Assembly: GCA_963732955.1 (NCBI GenBank)
Contig: CAVTBH010000003.1
Span: forward strand, 383,727-407,726
DNA: 24,000 nucleotides
Direction: 5' to 3'
DNA from: an uncultured Alphaproteobacteria bacterium
Lineage (GTDB): Bacteria > Pseudomonadota > Alphaproteobacteria > Rhizobiales > Methyloligellaceae
Below, piece after piece: positions 1-7,468 of this stretch (position 1 is the stretch's first letter; each line of letters opens with the position of its first letter). The notes under the pieces were generated by a model. It saw only the letters and a list, made by a program, of their open reading frames with translations. It was not told the origin of the DNA and did no database searches. The position numbers were made by a program, and so were the translations under genes.

Positions 1-1
1 C

Positions 2-409
2 TTAGCCCGGATTGCCAGCGAACTTCTGGGTCTCTTCACAGAGCGTGACCCAGTCTTGCGCGGAGTTTGTCCAGATCTCCAAATTGGGCTTCAATCCGGT
101 AACGTCGTCGAGGGTCCCGGCCTTGAGAAACAACACGCCGGGAAAGGCCTTGGCATCGGTGGCAATCGCCGATCCGCATTTGCCGCAGAACATGCGCAGC
201 ACCGGCTGGCCCGAGGTGCCAACATCCTCATAGACCATCGGCTGCCCGGTCATATGCACGCTGTCGCCCGCCACGCCAAGATTTATCGAGAAGGCTGAAC
301 CGGTTGCCTTTTGGCAATGTGAACAGTGACAGATCGCGAGCATTTGCGGCTCGGCATCGGTCTCGTATTTGACGCTGCCACACAAGCAGCTGCCTGAGAG
401 TTTCGACAT
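2..409 (-). CDS. GFA/CENP-V family (glutathione-dependent formaldehyde-activating enzyme-like) Zn-Cys protein
   Basis: Complete 135-aa ORF (stop at 2-4). Cys motifs SCLCGS, CHCSHCQKATG and FCGKCGS are typical of the GFA fold. AGGAG (416-420 on the complement) lies 6 nt upstream of the ATG at 409. Confidence 0.8.
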   Translation of the reverse strand: MSKLSGSCLCGSVKYETDAEPQMLAICHCSHCQKATGSAFSINLGVAGDSVHMTGQPMVYEDVGTSGQPVLRMFCGKCGSAIATDAKAFPGVLFLKAGTLDDVTGLKPNLEIWTNSAQDWVTLCEETQKFAGNPG

Positions 410-463
410 GTCTTACTCCTAACAATCAAGTGTTGCGCCAATTCGTCAAAGGTCCGTGGCTGA

Positions 464-982
464 TCAGTCTTGGTGGTCGTGGTCGTGATCATGGTCCGCG
501 TCGTGGTGGTGCTCGTGGTCCATGTCGGGCATGGCGGCACTCGCCTTGGGCTTGAGCGGCATGAATTCCGCTCCCCATGCCTCTTGACCCGGCATCTTCA
601 CGAACACGACGACGGTGCTGTCCTGGTCGAGCTTATAATCGCCTTTGCCCTTGAAGATGTTGTCGCCCGCCGGCGTGAGCTTGATCGTCGCCACCTCCTT
701 GCCGCTGCCGTCGTGTACCACGGCTTTGCCCTCGCCTCCCGCCGTCGGAACGTTCTCGTTGGCATGGTTTGCCAAATAAACCGTGATCTCGCCCGGTTTT
801 TTGGTCACGAGTTCGATGTGGTAGGGCCCAGCCATGCGTCTCTGGCCACCATGCGGTGCGGGATGGGTGTCGAAATACTCAGCAGTGTGAGCCCAAGCCG
901 GGGCCGGGGCGACCGCTAACAGCGCTAAGCCCATGAGGGGCAACGCCATGCCCGTGAGGGCCGAGATCCACTGTGTCTTCAT
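464..982 (-). CDS. Secreted protein with His/Asp-rich C-terminal tail, putative periplasmic metal-binding protein
   Basis: 172-aa ORF with a GGAGAGGA RBS upstream of the ATG at 982. Sec-type signal peptide ending APAWA, followed by HTAEY (predicted mature N-terminal His). Beta-rich middle part. The tail is MPDMDHEHHHDADHDHDHDHQD. No family recognised. Confidence 0.6.
   Translation of the reverse strand: MKTQWISALTGMALPLMGLALLAVAPAPAWAHTAEYFDTHPAPHGGQRRMAGPYHIELVTKKPGEITVYLANHANENVPTAGGEGKAVVHDGSGKEVATIKLTPAGDNIFKGKGDYKLDQDSTVVVFVKMPGQEAWGAEFMPLKPKASAAMPDMDHEHHHDADHDHDHDHQD
470..525. repeat. Short GTGGTC/GTGATC-type codon repeat encoding the (His-Asp)n tail
   Basis: The plus strand reads gtggtcgtggtcgtgatcatggtccgcgtcgtggtggtgctcgtggtc. 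This is low-complexity coding sequence inside the 464..982 CDS. Confidence 0.6.
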
Positions 983-1039
983 AAGTTTCCTCTCCTTCCT
1001 GTTCGGTGCGCGTCGGGCGCCCTTTCTGCATTGCGTAAC

Positions 1040-3064
1040 TCAGTGCACGTGATCCGCCGCGGGCGGCAGAATTTGCGGTTCATGCTGTAGCTGTGCGAGT
1101 TGGGCCGTCAGGAGTCCGCCGTCGCTCCAGCCGGCACTGTCGTCTCGCGGGATCCAGCGTCCCCGCAGATAGCCGAACCTGTCGACCAGCAGCTCCATGT
1201 GGGGTGGGATCTCGCCACCGCCGAAAAGATCGGGGTTAGCAATGGTCCGCCGGAACTCCTCGTAGCTGCGTCCGATCTCGCTGTCGCCTTCGACCACCGG
1301 AAACGGGATCTGCCGCACCCATTGTGGGTCCGGCGTTGACCCTCCCCAGGGAATGGCAATGACCTCGGCGCCGCTATTCTTTATCGCCTCGTACTCGGAA
1401 CGAATGGCGTCGAGCCGCGCCTTGTCTTCAGGCCAGGTGAAGAACACGAGAAGCACCGTCTGCTTGTTCCGGAAATCCTTGAGAGTGCGGGTCACACCGT
1501 GCTGATCGATGAAGGTAAAGTCTGGGGCGCCCAGATCTTTCGACGGCCGCTCCGGCACCACGCGTGGCGTCAGCGTTCTGCTTTGGTAGCCTCGCGAAAT
1601 AACGTGAATATAATTGACGAGATCCCAGCGATCGTCCTCGGTCAGCCGGCCGGCGAAGGGCGGCATGCCGGCAACCGGAAACCCGGTGCCGATCCAGTTG
1701 TAGAAGTCTCCAACCTGGTGCTGTGCCGTATGAGGCTCGGTCAGGAGGTCGATCGGCTTCTTGGGCAGACTGGCGGCGAGCGGCCCATCGCCTTTGCCCT
1801 GGAGACCGTGGCAGGGGGTGCAGTTGGCCGCAAACAAGCTCGCGCCGCGGGCGATGGAAATGGCGTCGAACGGGACCACGGTGTTTCGGTAGGAATCGAC
1901 GCTGGCTCTGGTCGATATGGCGTACAGCGAAACCCCGATACCGGAGAGAGCCAGCACCACAATCGCGCTCAGCACGGACCGGCGCCAACGAAAGCTTGAG
2001 CGTCTCCAAGCAAAGACGAGAGAGACTGCCGCAGCGAAGAGCCCCGCGCCGATGAGAAGATCGGTGGCTGTGCCGGGCACGCCGAGGTCCAAGGTGCCCG
2101 CAATCGAGAATCGGAACGGATAGGGCCAGTAGGCAATGGTGGCGTGCTTGGCTGGAATCGCACTGGCGCACAAGGTGGCGGCCAATATCAACAGCGCAGC
2201 GAGCGTGAATTCCACCGTCACGCCCCGGCGCAACGGACGCCACGCCGCCGCTTTCGGTGGGTTGCTAACCTCGAGCTGCGGCACCCAGACGAATCGGGCG
2301 TAAGCAGCGATCACCAGGATCGCGCAAAGCAGTAACAGTTTGGTCAGCAGGTATGCCCCGTAGTCCGTCGACACGAGCGCGGCATAGCGGCCGTCCACTT
2401 GCAGATTGCCGACGAGGACACCGGTGATGAGGATCACGATCATGATCGGCAGAGCCATCACCGAGAAGCTGTGAATTGCCTTCACACCCGAGGGTCCGGC
2501 GGCACCATCCGTGCGCCTCAAGGCGCTATAGACCACGGCGAGAAAGGCTGGCAGCCCTCCGAACCAGATGCCGGCCATGAGGATGTGGAGCGCATAGATA
2601 CTGACAGGGAACAGCGGCAACTCCTCCGCGACCGCGTGGCTCGAGAGCGCTGCCGCCATCAGCGCCGTCCCGGCGGCCGTAGCGCAGAGCAGATAACGCC
2701 ACCGGGCGCTTGGCGCCTTGCGGACATAGATCGCGATCGGGAGCAGCAGGAACACCAGGCCCATGCGCGCCGCCCACACCCGTCCCAGCCAAGTGTTCTT
2801 GACAACACCGAGCCACGCCCCGGGCTTCCACGCATTCGCCACAACATCCGTGATCTCCGCCGTCTTGGCGGCGAGCTCGACAAGCATGAGCACGGCAAGC
2901 GCCGCCACCAGCCATGGCAGCGCGCGCTCAAGCCGATCGAGCAACGGATCGTGGAAGGTGGCCTTGTCGTAGCTGGCGACGACGAAAAAAACGCAAGTGC
3001 CAAGCACGATCATGTTGGCGACAAGCTGCAGCCACTTTGCGACAACGCCAGCCACTTCGATCAT
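1040..3064 (-). CDS. copD: CopD-family copper membrane protein fused to a c-type cytochrome domain and a Cys-less AhpC/TSA (peroxiredoxin/thioredoxin-fold)-like domain
   Basis: 674-aa ORF. About 10 hydrophobic helices by eye in the N-terminal 400 aa, placed directly after copC. Haem motif CTPCHG, followed by GMPPF and DRWDLVNYI (class I cytochrome c pattern). The C-terminus APDFTFIDQHGVTRTLKDFRNKQTVLLVFFTWPEDK...GAEVIAIPWGG resembles AhpC/TSA but lacks the catalytic Cys. The ATG at 3064 lies 2 nt after the copC stop (TAGGAATG). Confidence 0.8.
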   Translation of the reverse strand: MIEVAGVVAKWLQLVANMIVLGTCVFFVVASYDKATFHDPLLDRLERALPWLVAALAVLMLVELAAKTAEITDVVANAWKPGAWLGVVKNTWLGRVWAARMGLVFLLLPIAIYVRKAPSARWRYLLCATAAGTALMAAALSSHAVAEELPLFPVSIYALHILMAGIWFGGLPAFLAVVYSALRRTDGAAGPSGVKAIHSFSVMALPIMIVILITGVLVGNLQVDGRYAALVSTDYGAYLLTKLLLLCAILVIAAYARFVWVPQLEVSNPPKAAAWRPLRRGVTVEFTLAALLILAATLCASAIPAKHATIAYWPYPFRFSIAGTLDLGVPGTATDLLIGAGLFAAAVSLVFAWRRSSFRWRRSVLSAIVVLALSGIGVSLYAISTRASVDSYRNTVVPFDAISIARGASLFAANCTPCHGLQGKGDGPLAASLPKKPIDLLTEPHTAQHQVGDFYNWIGTGFPVAGMPPFAGRLTEDDRWDLVNYIHVISRGYQSRTLTPRVVPERPSKDLGAPDFTFIDQHGVTRTLKDFRNKQTVLLVFFTWPEDKARLDAIRSEYEAIKNSGAEVIAIPWGGSTPDPQWVRQIPFPVVEGDSEIGRSYEEFRRTIANPDLFGGGEIPPHMELLVDRFGYLRGRWIPRDDSAGWSDGGLLTAQLAQLQHEPQILPPAADHVH

Positions 3065-3066
3065 TC

Positions 3067-3465
3067 CTATTTCTCCGGTGCGTTCCCTTGCACCGTGAAA
3101 TCGTAGGCGTCGTTGACGACATGGCCATCGACGGACAACACGCGGTACGTGACGGTGTACTTGCCGGGCGCGAGAGCGGGCAGCGGCAGCACGAGCAACT
3201 TCGGATCATCGCTTGCGATCGCCGGCTTGACCTCGGTCACCGGCTTGCCCGAGGCGTCGACCACGGCGAGCGAGGCGTAGTCCCCCTCGATTTCCTCGTC
3301 GAACCAGAGCGCCACCCGCGTCGGTGCAGTCGCGACGTTGGCGCGCTGCGCAGGTTCGGCTTTGATGAGTTGGGCATGGGCATAGGCGTGCGAGGCGAGC
3401 GCCACAAAGAGCACCAGCGCGAGGCTCGCGGCGATCATGTCCGCGATCCGCTTTACAGTTTTCAT
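3067..3465 (-). CDS. copC: CopC-family periplasmic copper-binding protein
   Basis: 132-aa ORF. Signal peptide ends HAYA, and the mature N-terminus HAQLIKAEPA...VALWFDEEIE matches the CopC pattern (N-terminal His, H-x-x-L, P, L-x-F). The C-terminal YRVLSVDGH is typical of CopC. GGAG RBS upstream. Confidence 0.85.
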   Translation of the reverse strand: MKTVKRIADMIAASLALVLFVALASHAYAHAQLIKAEPAQRANVATAPTRVALWFDEEIEGDYASLAVVDASGKPVTEVKPAIASDDPKLLVLPLPALAPGKYTVTYRVLSVDGHVVNDAYDFTVQGNAPEK

Positions 3466-3578
3466 GGTTTCAGCTCCGTTCTCATCACTTCAATACCATT
3501 CTGCTGAAGGTTTCACTCGACAGCCAGCCTGCGGCCCTCAGTACTGAACTCGGTGTGCCGTCAATGCTCTGAGGGTTC

Positions 3579-4559
3579 TTATCGACTGACTGTTCTTTCT
3601 TCGCCACGGCGCTGCCCTAATGGCCCGCGCATCGCAGAGCGGGACTCGTTGCCCGTAAGGCCTTCCGCCGCGGCGGGAGCGACGTCACCACCGGAGACGA
3701 AGAAGTGGACGATCTCCGCCTCCAAGCCCGGCCACTCTCCGTGCCAACGCGAGCCTTCGCAATAGCGCGTCGAACCTCCCGTGGCGCAGGCCTGATAGGC
3801 GACGCATTGTTCACCCGCGGGCAGAGGCGGCTTCGCCAGATCGCAGTTGTTGCACGCCGCCCACCATTTCGCCGCCTGAGCTCCCCAGCCTGGGAAGAGC
3901 ATGTCCCGGCTGCTGTGCATGACCATCACTGGAAACGGGGCGGAGGGGCATTTGAAGGTCTCAAAGTCGGTCGCCGAGAAGCCGGCAGCGCTCGGCGCTA
4001 TGCCGGACAGAAGTCCCCTCGTATCGCCTAGGAGGGCGATGGCCGTCGACACCGTGCCGCCATCAGAATGGCCGGTCGCATATATCCGGTGGCTATCGAT
4101 GCACCACTTGTCCGCGATCTCCGCCGGCAGCTTCGCGAGCTCCTTCACCGTGTCGAGGGTCATCGGACGGTGAGTCGGGTAGCCAACGACGAACCCGTTC
4201 TGCGTCGCCTCGGTGGTGAGGTGGGTCAGAGTTTCATTCTTCGCCGCGCTCAGGCCTCCCGCTGCGTAAACCATCAGCAGGGGATGGGCGAAAGTCGGAT
4301 CGTAATTGCGAGGCGTTCTGACATTGTACCAAATTCCGTCGATCGATTTCTGGTTGTCCGTCGCACCAGCTTCCCCCAACTTCGTCCCCGCTTCGCAAGT
4401 GCCATGGCGGCCAGCGGTGGTGTAGTCGAATTGCGCGATATCCACGCCCTCGACCGGATCGGACTGCGAGCAGCCCGCAAGCGCCCCCGCAATTGCGGTG
4501 CCCAACATCCAAATGGATCGACGCTTATGCGCGCAAGACGATCCCCAACGCCACGGCAT
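3579..4559 (-). CDS. Exported alpha/beta-hydrolase, PHB-depolymerase/LpqC-family esterase lipoprotein
   Basis: 326-aa ORF. N-terminal KRR, a hydrophobic stretch and lipobox LAGC. Nucleophile elbow GHSDGG. Cys-rich C-terminus (CNNC, QCVAYQAC, YCEGSRWHGEWPG) resembles the COG3509/TIGR01840 esterase family. The start lies 6 nt after the stop of the upstream gene. Confidence 0.6.
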   Translation of the reverse strand: MPWRWGSSCAHKRRSIWMLGTAIAGALAGCSQSDPVEGVDIAQFDYTTAGRHGTCEAGTKLGEAGATDNQKSIDGIWYNVRTPRNYDPTFAHPLLMVYAAGGLSAAKNETLTHLTTEATQNGFVVGYPTHRPMTLDTVKELAKLPAEIADKWCIDSHRIYATGHSDGGTVSTAIALLGDTRGLLSGIAPSAAGFSATDFETFKCPSAPFPVMVMHSSRDMLFPGWGAQAAKWWAACNNCDLAKPPLPAGEQCVAYQACATGGSTRYCEGSRWHGEWPGLEAEIVHFFVSGGDVAPAAAEGLTGNESRSAMRGPLGQRRGEERTVSR

Positions 4560-4565
4560 GGCTCT

Positions 4566-5159
4566 TCATTGGGCCTTTCGCTGCGCTGCCGCTGTCCCCT
4601 TGGACAGCGTGGTCGAGTACCAGTAGAAGCCGATCCCGGCCAGGATCACCAAGCCGACGAACATATACGGCCTAAACCTGCTCCAGCCCTTGGCCACGCT
4701 GAAGGGGAATCGCGACACGTACTGTCCGTTGGCGTCACTGGTCGTCACCACTCCGACGAACTTCCCGGCCTCTTTGAAGTCGTGCTCGAAGGTCACGCTG
4801 CCGGTGGGATAGACCTTCGCCGGGAGATGCAGGACCGTGACGGCCTCTATATCGCTCTCGTCTCCGGTATCGCGAATGACCCGTACATCGAGCGGCTGTT
4901 CCCGCAACGGCGGATCGATCGCGTCGAATGCCACAATGGTATCGCCGAGCTCTGGGATGTCCTCACAGAATTCCTTGGTGCCGGTTGCTTCAGGCTGGTA
5001 ACCCGTGAAGTGCATCGCGTAGGGACCGATGCGCAGTTTGCACGTGTCCTGCTCCATGCTGAGGCCGCCATGCGCAAGGGCAAGTCGAGGAACCATGATG
5101 AACAACGCTGCCAAAGCGATCAGCAATGGCAGCGCCAAATTTCGGTATTGTCCGCTCAT
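4566..5159 (-). CDS. pmoD: PmoD/AmoD-like protein: signal peptide, about 140-aa periplasmic domain, C-terminal TM anchor
   Basis: 197-aa ORF immediately downstream of pmoB, the position pmoD occupies in alphaproteobacterial methanotrophs. Signal peptide ends LALA, followed by HGG. There is a Cys then Met-His segment (DTCKLRIGPYAMHF). C-terminal helix FVGLVILAGIGFYWY. GGAG RBS. The assignment rests on architecture and synteny, not on an alignment. Confidence 0.5.
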   Translation of the reverse strand: MSGQYRNLALPLLIALAALFIMVPRLALAHGGLSMEQDTCKLRIGPYAMHFTGYQPEATGTKEFCEDIPELGDTIVAFDAIDPPLREQPLDVRVIRDTGDESDIEAVTVLHLPAKVYPTGSVTFEHDFKEAGKFVGVVTTSDANGQYVSRFPFSVAKGWSRFRPYMFVGLVILAGIGFYWYSTTLSKGTAAAQRKAQ

Positions 5160-5174
5160 CCAACGCTCCTAAAG

Positions 5175-5203
5175 AGCGGGGAACCACGCCGTGGTTCCCC
5201 GCT
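5175..5203 (-). terminator. Intercistronic stem-loop between pmoB and the pmoD-like gene (partial terminator or mRNA-stabilising hairpin)
   Basis: AGCGGGGAACCACG c CGTGGTTCCCCGCT is a 14-nt perfect inverted repeat. On the minus strand it is followed by CTTTAGGAGCG, which is only weakly T-rich and contains the next gene's RBS. Confidence 0.5.
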
Positions 5204-5211
5204 GTCTTTAG

Positions 5212-6486
5212 CTAGTTAACCGAACCCTTCTTGGTGAAGTAAGGGACGATCGGCCCGTAAATGTTGGCGATCTCCCTCTTGCCGTCCGAGTCGAAGAAGA
5301 ACAGCAGCCCGCCAACGCGATTGTCGGGGTCATTCAAGAGGGCCGTCAGACGCTCCGTTTCCCAGGCGGCGTCGGTCAGATCGATATTTACCGTGCGCGT
5401 TTCACCGGGTTGGATCGGCGCGTCGTTGTCGACCTTCAGTCCTGCCGGCGGAAGAAGTTCCTTGGGGAAACTTGGATCTATTTCTGCCACCGCCGCTGGG
5501 ACCGCATAGTTCACGAATCGAAGACCTGCGGTCTCAAACTCGCCGATTTGGATCGGCTTCGTCCCCGTGTTGGTGACCTCTAACTCAAGCTTCATCGACC
5601 GGCCCGGCACGTCATACGTGGCCCGGTCCATTTTTATGGTGACGGTACGAGGTGCTTGCGGCAGCGGATCCACCTTGAACGTACCGCTCTGCAACGGGAC
5701 GGTGTTTGGATAGGCCGCATTCGCCCATTGAACGCCCAGAAATACCGTCAGGATCGTGGCGACGAGGAAAAATGCGCCCCAAAGACGATCCCCGCGGGTG
5801 ATGAGCACGTCCTCGTTGCCTTCCGTTATCACCAGATAGCGGGGGATAAGCATCGGCTTGCGCAGGAACCACAACATATAAACCAGCGCCGCAATGAACC
5901 AGAGCGCATGCCATTTGACCACGGTGCCAAATCCCCAGCTCGTGAGATCCGCGATCTGAGTGCCGTCGAGGGTCGTCGCTGGAAGCCGGAAATCCGACTC
6001 ATTCCCGGTGACGTCGATCCATGCGCCAGGTCCAAGGATGGCCCCCGCCCCACTGATGTTGAGCATGGCATGAACATGGTGCCGGCCGGGCTGACGTGCC
6101 TTGAACACGATCTTGAAATCATAGTCGCGATCGAGCTCTAGCTTGCCCGACTGGATCGCAGGCTGTCCATTGATGTAGCTCGCAACGCGGGCGAACACCG
6201 GTCCCGACGTTCCGCTCCCAAGAAACGCAGTCTCTGGCTTGGGCAGATTGTTCGGCCAATCCGTGAACAGCCTGAATTTGCCTGTGACGGTGAGAAGATC
6301 ATTCACTGCGAGTTTGTTCGTGCTCCACTTCACATCGTAAAAGTGGGCGGTTCGCATGCGCAGGAATGGCTCCTGGTTGCGCTCGCCATGCGCATAAGCA
6401 TCCGTGCCGATGCAACAGCCTAGCGACACCAAGACTCCGAGCCATCCGGCCAATCGCGTCAAGCGGCTTGCGAAGATCCCGATCAT
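5212..6486 (-). CDS. pmoB: Copper membrane monooxygenase subunit B (PmoB/AmoB family)
   Basis: The ORF track runs to 6570. The ATG at 6486 is preceded by GGGAGGAAGGA (about 6494-6504, complement) and gives 424 aa, a typical PmoB length. Signal peptide ends TDAYA, then HGERNQEP (N-terminal His ligand). GRHHVHAM carries the H-x-H Cu ligands. Two TM helices in the middle (FIAALVYMLWFL, LWGAFFLVATILTVFLG). Confidence 0.9.
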   Translation of the reverse strand: MIGIFASRLTRLAGWLGVLVSLGCCIGTDAYAHGERNQEPFLRMRTAHFYDVKWSTNKLAVNDLLTVTGKFRLFTDWPNNLPKPETAFLGSGTSGPVFARVASYINGQPAIQSGKLELDRDYDFKIVFKARQPGRHHVHAMLNISGAGAILGPGAWIDVTGNESDFRLPATTLDGTQIADLTSWGFGTVVKWHALWFIAALVYMLWFLRKPMLIPRYLVITEGNEDVLITRGDRLWGAFFLVATILTVFLGVQWANAAYPNTVPLQSGTFKVDPLPQAPRTVTIKMDRATYDVPGRSMKLELEVTNTGTKPIQIGEFETAGLRFVNYAVPAAVAEIDPSFPKELLPPAGLKVDNDAPIQPGETRTVNIDLTDAAWETERLTALLNDPDNRVGGLLFFFDSDGKREIANIYGPIVPYFTKKGSVN

Positions 6487-6566
6487 AGAGATTTCCTTCC
6501 TCCCACTCATTTTGTTGTGCGAACGCGTCTGTTTTTCAGACGCGTCCGTTGTCCCTCGAAGAGGCT

Positions 6567-7394
6567 TCACACCGGCTGCGTTTCAGCCGCGGCATGACGA
6601 TCTTTCTTGAACCCCATCATGGTCTTGAGCTTGTTGGGGACCCACACCACGCGAGCCAAGAACATGCCGATGTACCACCACAGGAGATACATCAGCGTGC
6701 AGGCGAACCCAGCGAAGAACGAGGCGATCACCGCCGAGTGTCCGCCGAATGTGCGGAGCGTCCCGCGCTCGATTAACCTCGAATATTCAGGCGTCGCCGT
6801 TCTGGTGAAGGCGTAGCCAATGTAGTCCCCGACTGACACCATGCTGTCCATGACTTCCATCGGCAGACGATAGGCTGCCAGCATCGGCCAGTTGCCGGCA
6901 TAGAAGATCAAGCCGAAACCCATCCCACCGAAAATGGCCGTCAGCAGAAAATTTCCGGTGAGAAGCAATATGGTGTCGAGGAGGATGGCTCCGGGGATCA
7001 ACGTCGCCGGCCAGATCAAGGTCATGGGGAAATCAGACCAAAGATGGAAGCCGAAGCCCCTGGCCATCCATTCCCCGATAAGCAGGCATACGATGCCAAA
7101 CGTGGCGCCGATCGGCAGCCTGAATTTCTCCCAGAACACATACTGGAGAGCCGCGGGAAACGTGATCGCCACGATCGGCGTCAGCGTCGGCCACCACTGC
7201 CGGTCCTTCCAGTCGACCCAGAAATCCCAGTCCCCGGCTAGAAGCATGAAATGCAGGTGAAACGCGGACAACACCGCCAGAAAAAGGACAATCGCGACGA
7301 GGATGTCGAACCACCGCGAAAGGGCCGCGCTCCATTTCGACCACGTCACCCCGTAGATTTGCACGGTCTCGGAGTCAGCCAACTTCTGCTGCAT
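6567..7394 (-). CDS. pmoA: Copper membrane monooxygenase subunit A (PmoA/AmoA family), divergent
   Basis: 275-aa ORF with a GGGAGGA RBS. Hallmark stretches are HLHFMLLAGDWDFWVDWKDR, LLIGEW, GNWP, TPEYSRLIERGTLRTFG. It carries an extra basic C-terminal tail of about 25 aa relative to canonical PmoA of roughly 250 aa. Confidence 0.9.
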   Translation of the reverse strand: MQQKLADSETVQIYGVTWSKWSAALSRWFDILVAIVLFLAVLSAFHLHFMLLAGDWDFWVDWKDRQWWPTLTPIVAITFPAALQYVFWEKFRLPIGATFGIVCLLIGEWMARGFGFHLWSDFPMTLIWPATLIPGAILLDTILLLTGNFLLTAIFGGMGFGLIFYAGNWPMLAAYRLPMEVMDSMVSVGDYIGYAFTRTATPEYSRLIERGTLRTFGGHSAVIASFFAGFACTLMYLLWWYIGMFLARVVWVPNKLKTMMGFKKDRHAAAETQPV

Positions 7395-7468
7395 ATTACG
7401 ATCCTCCCGGGAGCTCCGCCGGACAGAAGACCTGTCCGGCGGAGTGAATCTAGTTCTTTTGTTTTAGT

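Noticed and set aside
470-525. Short tandem GTGGTC-like repeat considered as a possible CRISPR or satellite element
   Set aside because: It lies inside a CDS and simply encodes the His-Asp tail. There is no spacer-repeat architecture.
1428-3106. Long ORFs (1428..2243 -, 2399..3106 +, 2526..2915 -) inside the copD fusion gene
   Set aside because: They are off-frame or antisense to a CDS with clear TM helices, CXXCH and a thioredoxin-fold pattern, and they show Arg-rich artefact composition.
4068-5219. 383-aa plus-strand ORF overlapping the esterase and pmoD-like genes
   Set aside because: It is antisense to two ORFs that have signal peptides, RBSs and family motifs. Its composition is Arg-rich and featureless, so it is a GC-rich frame artefact.
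6487-6570. N-terminal extension of pmoB (MKPLRGTTDASEKQTRSHNKMSGRKEIS) that would overlap the pmoA stop
   Set aside because: The ATG at 6486 has a strong GGGAGGAAGGA RBS and gives a normal signal peptide and a typical PmoB length. The extension is hydrophilic and has no RBS.
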